From the NCBI GenBank assembly GCA_965217195.1, contig CBDCHL010000003.1, forward strand, positions 41,941 through 105,940: a stretch of DNA of 64,000 nucleotides, given 5' to 3'. The notes beneath the pieces are model-generated. The model was not told the origin of the DNA and did not search any database. It saw nothing but the letters and a program-made list of their open reading frames with translations. Positions 9,957 through 18,916 of this stretch are shown in pieces. Numbering within the stretch: position 1 is the first letter of the stretch; every line of letters starts with the position of its first letter. Origin of the DNA: Bryobacterales bacterium. Lineage in GTDB: Bacteria; Acidobacteriota; Terriglobia; Bryobacterales; UBA6623. A program made the translations under genes and the position numbers.

Positions 9957-10336
9957 GAGGGAAGTGATTGGAAGCAAGCAGGCTACGGCGTTGATTTTAC
10001 CAGCCTGACGGATCAAGCTGGCGCGGGAGAGTCCACCAGCGACCGAGTTACAAATCATTGGGCCGCCGAGATCAGCCAGCGCCCAAGGCCCCGCGGAAAG
10101 CCTAAGCCTCAAATCCGTGCTGCAGCCGGTGGTGCGTCGAATCGTAGGTCTGGCGCGACTTGAAGTGCTCGTAGCGGCCCCGACTTTCGAAGACGGGCGT
10201 CGCGCCTTGATCCTGGCGAATACGGCATTACAGTCGCATGAGACCGGCCGCGTTGTGAAGGTCGACTACGGCGGGTAGAATCTGGTCGGCCCGGCTGGAT
10301 CGCAAGACCGCAGCCAAGCTGCAACACTCAGGGGCT

Positions 10337-10440
10337 GCGAAAAAATGGGGCTGTACCGAGCGCCTATCGAACAAGTTCATTGAATCAGTAACCGAGTCCG
10401 GCGCGAAGCGGACTGTCCCCCATTTTTTCCCACGCACTAG
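10337..10440 (-). repeat. about 105-bp palindromic repeat, family 3 (second copy at 18812..18916)
   Basis: The ends GCGAAAAAATGGGGCTGT (10338-) and ACTGTCCCCCATTTTTTCCC (-10431) are inverted repeats. The whole unit matches 18812..18916 in reverse orientation. Confidence 0.6.
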
Positions 10441-10538
10441 GCTAGGCACCCGGCGGTGTTTTGCCCCTTCGACGAGCAGGCTGACTGGCCGATTCACCCC
10501 GCCCGCCGCAGTCTAGCGGGTTACCATTGGGAGTAGAG

Positions 10539-11313
10539 TCAGACCGAAGGGTTGATCAGCCGGAGGCATTTCCAATCTGGAACCACGCGGCACGCGTCAA
10601 CCCCAGATAGCCCTTCGGGCGCTCTTGAGTTCGTCGTCAGCTCTGCGCCTGAGGCTTCGGTAGTCGGGATCTGCTTCGTTATCGAACAGGGCACGGTCCA
10701 GGCCCTGAAGGCGTTCCAGTCGGGCCCGGTTGGCCTCGGCAAATCGCTTGAGATGAGCGTGTCACCAACAGGTACCGAACCCGAACCATAAGTCGCCTGA
10801 ATGAGTTGTGGGCGGCCAAGCGAACTGCGCAGAAAGCGAGATCCTGCAGGACGTCCCCAACGTAGTCCATCTCCTGCCGCTTCTCGATCACGCCGTCGCC
10901 AAAAAAGGTAGCAGAAGCACTCGGAGGCCAAGCTTCTCCGTGATCCGGATGGCGTCGCTCACCCAGCGCCGACCAAGTTGGTCGTTCTTCAGATAGTTGT
11001 CATGCAGCCGATCGACGCAGGTTGAGGTAAGCGCGACGCCATGTTTCTTGCTTTCGGAGTGGTAGGTGTGCTGAACCTCCTCGTTGTCAAGCGGCAATTT
11101 ACCGTCGACCAATTCGCGTCCCAGGGCGACTTGAACGCCCGAGAAACCGCAGGCCTTGGCCATTGCGACCGCTGCGGGATCAGCGGACAGCCTGAGGTTC
11201 CAGTCCGTCACGCCGACGCGAAACTCGGTCTTCTGCGGAGACCCAGGAAGGGTAAGGCTCACCATTACCGAGCCCAGTGATCCCACCAAGAACTCGCGCC
11301 GCTTCAGCCTCAT
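10539..11313 (-). pseudogene. frameshifted sugar-phosphate isomerase/epimerase (xylose-isomerase-like TIM barrel) with Tat signal
   Basis: ATG 11313 gives MRLKRREFLVGSLG... and 141 aa ending at TGA 10888. The sequence LLLPF/FGDGVIEKRQEMDYVGDVLQDLAFCA continues in another frame across the A6 run 10901-10906. A third frame runs on to 10539. Confidence 0.65.
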
Positions 11314-11844
11314 CTCACTACTCCTGGTCTTTCGAAGACTTGATCCAGACTTATTGCCCGGCCGAGAACGCAAGCACCCTCCGCGAGGATGGGCTCCTAG
11401 CTAGCTCCTGAGCGAGTCTACATTCGCCCGGACCTTGAAGGCAAACCCGGCGGTCTGCACGACCGAATGGGAAGCCGCAGCGCAATGGCTCTCTGACCAG
11501 CGAGTTTTGTCTGAACCGGAATTTCCGATTTGAACCTCCAGCAGAGTGATGATACACTCTCCGCAATCGGGCGGCAAGTATCGTCCTGCGTCTCGGCTTG
11601 GGCAAGCAGTTCGCGGTTCACACCATTAGCCCCAGCAAGTTCTCCTCGCTCGCCAGCATTTCCGTTCCGAAGCCGTGTCGCGTCGAGGGCAAGGCCACTC
11701 CGGGGTCCCAGTTGCTCTTCGAGCCGATCAAGCGAAGGGGGTCAAAGGTCAGCCGACATTCGGACGGCGTCGTTAACGTCCTCGTAGAGCTTCCAGCCGA
11801 GAGTAGACTGACTGCCGCAGCAGGTGTAGGCGACGATACAGCTC

Positions 11845-12444
11845 TCAAGCCTTGTCGATTGACTCGGCGACTCGGTTAGCGGATCGGGTGGCTGCTTCCA
11901 TCCCCCAGCGCAAATTATCGGCGTAGGCCCCCGCAAAATGGATCCGTCCGTGGGGCTCCATGACGATCGGCCAGAATCTGGCCAGCTCACCGACCTTGTA
12001 GTCAATGCGCTCACAGCCAGGAGCCCAGGGATCCCGGCTCCAGTCCTTCAGGATTCCAAACTCAATGTTTTCCGATAGTCCTTCGTAATACCTGCGGAAC
12101 GTAGTCAAAGCCGTCTCTGCGGACACCGTCGCTTCCGCGTTACCAAGCAGAATGGCATTGTCAAGTTAACACACGACGGCTTGAGACAGCCCCAAGATAT
12201 GGGCGATGAGCCCATACCCGACTACCCGATATGGTGGCGCCTGCCCTCGAAAATCCGTTAGCTTGACAATGCCTTCGTCGCCGTCCTCACGCCGAACCTT
12301 ATAGATCTTGCCCGTGCTCGTATCGGTAGCAGTCAAAACAAGGGGTGCTGGTCCTTCGTTTATGGCGTCATGGTAGCCACGGACTCGGAACCCGCGGTCT
12401 TCGATTTCTTTCACAGCGGCACGGGTAAGACTCAGCATGATCAC
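11845..12444 (-). pseudogene. remnant of a flavin amine-oxidase-type gene with an in-frame stop
   Basis: C-terminal signature GRIHFAGAYADNLRWGMEAATRSANRVAESI. The same frame continues upstream into ORF 12169..12444 across a single TAA (12166-12168). No N-terminal FAD-binding half is present. Confidence 0.45.
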
Positions 12445-12479
12445 TCGCCGTTGATGACCTCCGCCTTGCGTCTAGCCGA

Positions 12480-12785
12480 TCAGAGCTTTTCCGCATGGGT
12501 CGAAGTCGCTGCGTCGAGGTGCCTGACAAGCTTACGACGAAGCGTTGTGTCGATGAAACCAGGGCTGGTACAGACATTCACAAGGTCCGGCTTGAGCCAG
12601 GCCAGTTGAGGGTTAGCTCCTATCGTGAAGCGATCTGCAACGCTGTTCCAGCCCCGCTCGGATAGCCACATGTCAGGGCGGTCGATGGATTCCTTCACCA
12701 ACCAGTGCACACGCAATTTGGCCAGCGACGCATCGCGAAATAATATAAACTTTCCATAGAAGCGGACAAACCGCCGGTAAGCCAC
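12480..12785 (-). CDS. hypothetical protein
   Basis: 101-aa ORF with a GTG start. No motif recognised. It lies in the decayed region, so it may be a fragment. Confidence 0.3.
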   Translation of the reverse strand: MAYRRFVRFYGKFILFRDASLAKLRVHWLVKESIDRPDMWLSERGWNSVADRFTIGANPQLAWLKPDLVNVCTSPGFIDTTLRRKLVRHLDAATSTHAEKL

Positions 12786-12824
12786 GCCCCTCCGCGTCGT
12801 GGGCGCGGCAGGCGCGGCCCCGCG

Positions 12825-14996
12825 TTATTCTATCGGCAGAGTTACTTCATTGCTCATGCGTTCTCCGCTTCGCAACACCACCGCTGCAGGCCCGCCTCCG
12901 GGGACTCCTTCGGGTATTTCGATATTGACCTGATTCAATCCTTCAAAACCCGGGGCTTTGCCGGAGAATTGCACGCGCGCCTTGATCCCGGCTACATAGA
13001 CAGTAGGTTTGATCTTCGTGACCACGAACTGCCCGGATTGTTCGGTGGTTCCCAGTCCGGTTGCGAACAGGGCCGCAAACCGGCCTGGCGCGGTGGGGTT
13101 TTCCGGGCTGAGAAGTGCGCCGCTAACGGCATCGGTGGCCGCCGCCGGGCCGAAGCCCATGGCGTTGCGGGAGAAAAGCGTAGGTATCGCGTCGTCGAGC
13201 AAGATGCGGATCGTGTGCTCGCCGGCCGCGTTTCGTACAGTCAACTCGATAAGGCCCGCGAGGTCCGCGGGGAGCACGGCGTTGATCTGGCGCCCGGAAA
13301 CAAACAGCAACGGGATCGGCTGACCGTCGACGAGAACCATCGTCCCGACCAACTCGGTGGGAAGCGGAAAATCCTCGACCTCGTCGACTGCAGAAGCGAG
13401 CGCGGCACCGAAAATCGAAATCAGCGAGTCAGCGGCTAGGCTCAGCGTGCCGGCGGGGCCGGCGGCGGGAGCCACTCCCGCAATCCAAGGGCCGGGCTTT
13501 ATCACGAAGGTGCTGTAACCCCAAGGTTGGATCGTGGCCTCGAGAACACTTTCCCCCTCGCCCGATGTGACGCGAAAGACATAATCGGCGGCCGGCATTT
13601 GTTCGCGAACGAAAACCCCGTCGAAGCTCTCGCGCAGCGGCAGATCGTCGGCGACGCCGTCGGGGTCCGAGGCCGTTACGCTGAGCACGCCCCCCGCCCA
13701 TTGATCCATCGCGTCCTTGACCGCGACATAGACCCCGCCGTTTTGTGCCAACAGCGAGTTATCGGGGGGAGCTTCTCCGATCTGCCGCCACGCGGCTTCC
13801 TCACCCGAAGAAGAGCCGTCGACAGGCGATGCGAGAAAGGACCGAATTATTTGGGCCGTCGGGTGGTCCTCGGAATCGACCGCCATGATGACTTGCTGCG
13901 CGGAGCAGAAGAAGCCCGCCGCCGCGTTGTGGCACACCGGCAAAATGCGTGTCCTCTCCGGCGGTATGCCGAAGAAAGCGGGTGCCGAGATCGACGCGCC
14001 TAAGGCCGGGGCAACGCCGTCTCCGCCGGCATCACGAGCGCCCGTGCCGAGGATCGCCAGAGCGTCGGTCTCCCGCAGATCGTCGAGACCCTGGTGCCAG
14101 GTGGCGAGATCCCAGAGGAAGCGACTGCCGACGCGCAATTGCGGTATCTGTTCGCCACCGCCGGGCGCCGCATCGGCCAACGGCGCGCCGAAGTGTTCAG
14201 CGGCGACCAAGACCGCTTTGCGAACCAACGGATCGGCAGGCGGCGCGAAACTACCCGGCTCGACGAGTTTTCCGGCCAGGTAGGAACGCACAATCAACGC
14301 GCCCATGCTGAAACCGATCACGTCGACCGCGCCGGCCGGGGAGCCGTCGTCGCGTTGTAATGAAGCGATGACTTTCCCAAGCTCTTCCCCCAAGACTTCG
14401 ATCGCCGGGACGCCGAAGCGGCAATTGTCGAAAAAGACCACGGGTCTGCCGTCCGCGCCGAGAAACTCTTCCAAAAGCCCGAAGGTTCCCGTGGTGTCTT
14501 CCGAGATCGGACACTCGCCCGTCGTCAAGCCGGACACGGAGAATCCGTTGACGAGCACGACCGGCGGCGGGGCCTCTTGGGGCAGGGGCGGGGGAGCAGC
14601 GACAGTCAGGGTGACGGTTCCGGTGACTTTGGCGCCTCCGGCGGCCAGCGCCGAGATGCGAACCGTGTACCGCCCGGGAGGCATGGTCGGCGGAACGGCC
14701 AGGAAAAGCCGCGAGCCGTCTTCGGAGAGCCCTGCCGAGATGGGGTAGGGCGCCGGCGGATCGCTCACGGTTCGAATCTCCGAAAGTCCAGGAAGCCAAC
14801 CCAGCGCTTCGCTCGTCAACGACAGGCGGATGGAACCGCCCGCGGTAAGCGCCACCTCGGAGCCGGTGAAAGGCAGTTCAAGCGGAGCCGCAGCGAGTGG
14901 GCCGGTCGCCGACAGAAAGACGAGGAGGGAAAAGACAGCAAAAAGTTTCGACGCGGGGCCAAGCCTCCGCGCCGCGAAAGACCGCATCGCGAACAT
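12825..14996 (-). CDS. secreted alpha/beta-hydrolase (lipase-like) with TIGR03437-type C-terminal domain
   Basis: 723 aa with a signal peptide. Nucleophile-elbow motif VDVIGFSMGALIV (GxSxG). The C-terminal ~200 aa (SIFGAAL...PLPTELVGTMVLVDGQPIPLLFVSGRQINAVLP...VQFSGKAPGFEGLNQVNIEIP) match my recollection of the Solibacter C-terminal domain. Confidence 0.8.
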   Translation of the reverse strand: MFAMRSFAARRLGPASKLFAVFSLLVFLSATGPLAAAPLELPFTGSEVALTAGGSIRLSLTSEALGWLPGLSEIRTVSDPPAPYPISAGLSEDGSRLFLAVPPTMPPGRYTVRISALAAGGAKVTGTVTLTVAAPPPLPQEAPPPVVLVNGFSVSGLTTGECPISEDTTGTFGLLEEFLGADGRPVVFFDNCRFGVPAIEVLGEELGKVIASLQRDDGSPAGAVDVIGFSMGALIVRSYLAGKLVEPGSFAPPADPLVRKAVLVAAEHFGAPLADAAPGGGEQIPQLRVGSRFLWDLATWHQGLDDLRETDALAILGTGARDAGGDGVAPALGASISAPAFFGIPPERTRILPVCHNAAAGFFCSAQQVIMAVDSEDHPTAQIIRSFLASPVDGSSSGEEAAWRQIGEAPPDNSLLAQNGGVYVAVKDAMDQWAGGVLSVTASDPDGVADDLPLRESFDGVFVREQMPAADYVFRVTSGEGESVLEATIQPWGYSTFVIKPGPWIAGVAPAAGPAGTLSLAADSLISIFGAALASAVDEVEDFPLPTELVGTMVLVDGQPIPLLFVSGRQINAVLPADLAGLIELTVRNAAGEHTIRILLDDAIPTLFSRNAMGFGPAAATDAVSGALLSPENPTAPGRFAALFATGLGTTEQSGQFVVTKIKPTVYVAGIKARVQFSGKAPGFEGLNQVNIEIPEGVPGGGPAAVVLRSGERMSNEVTLPIE

Positions 14997-14999
14997 GCC

Positions 15000-15281
15000 C
15001 TATAGCGTATAGATTTCCGACGCGGTTTGCCCGAGGACTTGGGCCTGCTCGGCGTCGGAAAGTCGGGGCACAAAGTTGGAGACGATGTGACCCAACGTGG
15101 ATGGGTACAGCCAAGCAGACAAACCGGCCGGTCGGAACCGAACATCAGCCGCTTGGGACCGAAAATCGCGATTTAAGTGCTTCGCGAAGACTTCATAGAT
15201 GCGCCGATCTGCATTGTACTCGCCGTATTCCAGGCTGGTGTCCCACCGATTCGAGAAAGGAATTGAGTGCGGATGTGTCAC
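15000..15281 (-). CDS. small ORF resembling only the C-terminal part of amidohydrolase-2-type proteins, possible remnant
   Basis: 93 aa. The GTG start overlaps the upstream stop (GTGA). The ending LSDAEQAQVLGQTASEIYTL is typical of amidohydrolase C-termini. The N-terminal two thirds of such enzymes are absent. Confidence 0.35.
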   Translation of the reverse strand: MTHPHSIPFSNRWDTSLEYGEYNADRRIYEVFAKHLNRDFRSQAADVRFRPAGLSAWLYPSTLGHIVSNFVPRLSDAEQAQVLGQTASEIYTL

Positions 15282-16769
15282 CCCCTTAACGCTTCTCGTG
15301 TTCGCCTGACCAGCCTGTTATCTCTGTCACCCGACCCGCGAAGTCTGAACACACTCGACGCCAGGTAGCGATTCCGCCACGCGGGCCACACATGATAAAA
15401 GTCCTCCAGCGCTGCCGAACTGAATTTGTAGTCGTGGGCGTCGTAACCCTTGAGGAAAATCAACACCCGAGCCGCATCGATAAGCGGTTTGGGCTGCCTC
15501 TCCGACTCTAGATAAGCCATTACCTTTCGCGCGGCCGCCATGCGGTCCCGGCTGACGTCGCGGAAGATCTCCTCGATCGACACGGGGGCTTCCTGCTCGA
15601 TAGGCTCCATCTTGTCCAACTGAAATTTGTCAACCCTGCCTTCCCCTGCCATGGAACCCCGGAACATCGGCAGAAACGAGGCGTTCTGCAGTAGTAGTCG
15701 ACGGCGAGTGTCGTCGCTTGCGGCGGCCTCAAAGGCAAACCGCAGGGCATTCGTCGTGGTAACGCTGTGCAGGGCGACAATGCCTGGCTGGCGGACAAGC
15801 AGCTCACCTGACCCAAGCAGCAGGGCGTCCCAAATCGATTGCGCTGAAACGCCCCGATTAATGAGTTCGACCACCTTGGCCGCTGCCTCGGTTTCGGAAC
15901 CTTCCCGCACGGTGGCAAGCATCTCGGTGGTCGCTCCGCTGTCGAGTCTGCCATTGCGCCAGTCAGGGCGGATTTTCCTGCACAGTTCCGCGTTCGTTCG
16001 CCAGGGACGATCAGCTGAGTGATCGCTTTGGGATGGCTTTGTTTCACCCACATAATTGAGTAGCGCGTAGGCCAGGGAACGCAACACCGGCTCGGCGTGT
16101 TGCCGGCCAATGCGTTGTAACGTGCGCCAGCTGTTGGCTACGAAGATCGCCTTATGCCCGATGGATCGATAGTCACGCGCCCCGTATCGAAACAAGAGTT
16201 CAAACACCTCGCTCGCTCCGGTCGTCCTGGCTAGGCCTGCAATGGCGGCATCAGCCGCCGCCTCATCCCAATTCTCCATCGCCCTGATGAACGCCTACTT
16301 CGCTTTGACTCCTTGGGCACTGCCGCCTCGTCGACCGGACCCATCGTCCAGTCCCCTTCTCGCTCGTCCGAGGCTTGCGCGGACTTGAAGTAATCCAGCG
16401 CCCAAAAAATCGGCAGCCAGCGATGTTCCGACGGCGACGAAAGACTCGCCAAATGCGCTGAATTCACAACTAGTACCGCGTGAAACTTGAACCCAACGGA
16501 TGGCCGGGGCTGGACATTTCGAACGCCCGCCAACAGCAATGCCGCCAACAGATTTCTGTAAGAGAGTCCCTTCTTAATCCGCCCCGCCACCTCTTCCAGT
16601 AACCTGTTCCGCGGCGTTTCCTCCAGCAGTCGGACAAGCGGTTCAACCTCGGGATCGAACCGGACGGCTTTCGGGAGGAGCTTGGTTTCTGCTGCAGAAA
16701 CAGGCGGCAAGACGGAAAGAAAAGCCACATCGCCTATGCTGGCTACCGTTCCGCTCGCTGCTGTTCTTA
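15278..16769 (-). pseudogene. body of a Tat-signal protein gene (unknown family), frameshifted and separated from its 5' end by an IS
   Basis: Track ORFs 16231..16827 and 15278..16279 are consecutive parts of one protein. A frame switch is needed near 16270-16300 (...GPVDEAAVPKESK / AFIRAMENWDEAAADAAIAG...). The 5' side abuts the IS630 element at 16770. Confidence 0.6.
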
Positions 16770-16825
16770 TTGACTCCCGCATAATATAGAGTAACCTTTT
16801 GAGGGTTCTGCTCGTCCTAACAGAC

Positions 16826-17844
16826 ATGGGGAACCCAAGAGGCGTAAGACGCGATTTTGATGCTCTCGAGAGGAGACGGTTGGAGGCCGTGCGGCTGGTC
16901 GTTGACGAAGGTTTGAGTCAATCCGAGGCAGCACGGCGGGTGAAGGCGGCGCAGCAAAGCGTGAGCCGTTGGGTCAGCGAGCATGGCGAGCGGGGTGCGG
17001 CCGGACTCCGCAAGGCCGGGCGTGCCGGTCGCAAGCCGCTGTTGGACGCCACGCAGCTCGAACGCCTCGAGACGCTGCTGCTCGAAGGGCCCGAGGCGCA
17101 CGGCTTCCCGACGCCACTGTGGACTTGTCCGCGGGTGGCTCGTCTGATCGGAGACGAGTTCGGCGTGCGCTATCACGATGGCCATGTCTGGAAGATCCTG
17201 TGGGCGCTCAACTGGAGCCCCCAACGGCCGGTCGGCCAAGCCCGTGAACGCAACGAAGAGGCCATCCGCTACTGGCAGCGCAAGACCTGGCCGGCCACTA
17301 AAAAAAAGCCCAAAAACAAGGCCGCACGATCGTCTTCATCGACGAAAGCGGACTGAGTCAGAAGCCGCATCGCTGTCGCACCTGGGCGCCGCGCGGCGAG
17401 ACACCGCTGCTGCAATTCAACTTCAACTGGCAGAAGCTTTCGGTGTCGGCCGGGCTGACGTTGCGCAACTTTTACTTCCGGCTCTATCGCGGTGCGATCG
17501 GCGAGCTGGAGGTCATCGACTTCCTGAAGGCTTTGGTCCGCCACATCGACCGGCCGCTGCTGATCGTCTGGGACCGCTTGCCGGCACACCGCAGCCGCCT
17601 GGTACGAGAGTTCATCGAACTCTCCGAAGGCCACATCGCCACGGAATTCTTGCCGTCCTATGCGCCGGAGCTGAATCCGGTGGAATACATTTGGGCGTAC
17701 TGGAAGCAGCACGAGTTGCCCAACGTTTGCCCGAAGGACTACTGGGAGCTGGACGAGCGCGCTCGCAAATCCCTCCGCCGCATGCGCCGCAAACCCCGCT
17801 TGATTACGGCCTTCTGGAAGCAGTCTTCTCTTTGTCTCGATTAA
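16826..17844 (+). CDS. IS630-family DDE transposase (OrfAB, requires a -1 frameshift near 17302-17308)
   Basis: OrfA (16826..17356) carries HTH-like regions (LSQSEAARRVKAAQQSVSRWV). The -1 frame from 17308 reads GRTIVFIDESG ... LLIVWDRLPAHRS ... ELNPVEYIW, a DD(~36)E triad typical of IS630/Tc1. Confidence 0.8.
17300..17308 (+). promoter_or_regulatory. putative programmed -1 ribosomal frameshift site
   Basis: A8G run. The zero frame reads ACT AAA AAA AAG, so the heptamer A_AAA_AAG lies at 17302-17308. The downstream DDE domain is in the -1 frame. Confidence 0.55.
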
Positions 17845-17866
17845 CTCTATATTATGCGAGATTCAA

Positions 17867-17899
17867 TAAGAACCGGCGGCGCGCGGCCTCCTATTTCAT
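17867..17899 (-). pseudogene. 5' end of the IS-interrupted Tat-signal gene, with an in-frame TAG at codon 3
   Basis: GGAGG lies 5 nt upstream of ATG 17899. The reading is ATG AAA TAG GAG GCC GCG CGC CGC CGG TTC TTA, which joins AGA ACA GCA... at 16767 after removing the IS plus one TA. Confidence 0.5.
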
Positions 17900-18032
17900 G
17901 ACGGCCTCCTTCGCGGTTGGAACTCAGCTATAGCTTCTCCACGATTCTGGAGTGGGAGCTGGTTCGGCTTGACGTTTGCCTAGAATCTTACGTCAGCCCG
18001 AACGATAACCGCCACCCGAAACCCTTGACCAC

Positions 18033-18383
18033 TTATCGCCCGAGGAACGTGAGCAATTCGAGCGGGTCGATGTTGTGCCAGAAGACTTCGAGCAGGCGGG
18101 CATAGTCGACACGCTTCGGGTCGTACTCGATGCGGACCGCCTCGCGGTGCCCGGTCCGTCCGGAGGAAACCTGTTTGTAGGTGGGGTTGGCTTCCGCGCT
18201 TCCTTTGTAGCCCGACGTGGTCGAGAGCACGCCATCGAGCTTGTCGAACGGCGGTTCCATGCACCAGAAGCAGCCGCCGGCGAAGATGGCCACAGCCTTT
18301 TCGTCTTGTTTCGGAGCGGCCGAGGCCACGGCCGCCAGCCCAACGGTGAGGGCCAGCAGTTTGACGATGTCGCGATAACGCAT
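18033..18383 (-). pseudogene. msrA: peptide-methionine (S)-S-oxide reductase, 3'-truncated
   Basis: Signal peptide and active-site GCFWC are present. Homology (RIEYDPKRVDYARLLEVFWHNIDP) ends at TAA 18033. The ~70 expected C-terminal residues are missing or scrambled in the 134 nt before the next gene. Confidence 0.65.
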
Positions 18384-18462
18384 GGATGGAACCTCCCTTT
18401 GCCGGGACGATTCTATAGGTTGGGCGATGCTGGGAGTCAGACGGTGCTCTGCGTCGATGATC

Positions 18463-18762
18463 CTACGAGCCGGATGATTCAGCCTCGGTGGGCTCGAACT
18501 TCACGGCGACGCCGTTCATGCAATATCGTAGCCCGGTGGGCGGCGGGCCGTCGTTGAAGACGTGGCCCAGATGTCCGCCGCAGCGGCTGCAGTGCACTTC
18601 CGTGCGAGTCACGAAGAACGACCGGTCCTGGGACGTCCCGATGGCGTTGTCAAGTGGCTGCCAGAAGCTCGGCCAGCCGGTGCCGCTCTCGTACTTGGTC
18701 TCGGAAGAGAACAGCGGCAGATCGCATCCGGCGCAGCGGAACGTTCCGGTGCGCTTTTCGCG
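18463..18762 (-). pseudogene. msrB: peptide-methionine (R)-S-oxide reductase lacking its 5' end
   Basis: The reverse frame reads [33 protein letters not shown]...[35 protein letters not shown] and ends at TAG 18463. There is no in-frame ATG/GTG/TTG upstream. The expected N-terminus is replaced by the repeat at 18812..18916. Confidence 0.65.
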
Positions 18763-18811
18763 CCGGTGAGGAGCACGAACTTCAGCCGGCGAAACAAGGC
18801 GGGAGCTTTCA

Positions 18812-18916
18812 CTAGCGCAGGGAAAAAATTGGGGGACAGTCCACTTCCCGCCCCGCCAAAGTCTCCAACGTCAGCGGCGGTTGAGGTCGCGCTTGGGACA
18901 GTCCCTATTTTTTCAC
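18812..18916 (+). repeat. palindromic repeat, family 3 (copy 2)
   Basis: CTAGCGCAGGGAAAAAATTGGGGGACAGTCCACTTCCCGCC and GCGCTTGGGACAGTCCCTATTTTTTCAC match the reverse complement of 10337..10440. The ends are mutually inverted. Confidence 0.6.

Larger units (their letters stand above)
16770..17866 (+). mobile_element. IS630-family insertion sequence, 1097 bp, flanked by TA
   Basis: IRL is TTGACTCCCGCATAATATAGAG (16770-16791). The reverse complement of IRR is TTGAATCTCGCATAATATAGAG (17845-17866), a 20/22 match. TA is present on both sides (16768-69 and 17867-68). The element encodes an HTH + DDE transposase. Confidence 0.85.

Noticed and set aside
14769-14783. GGTTCGAATCTCC, a T-loop-like motif suggestive of a tRNA.
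   Set aside because: It lies inside the well-supported lipase-like CDS and has no surrounding cloverleaf.
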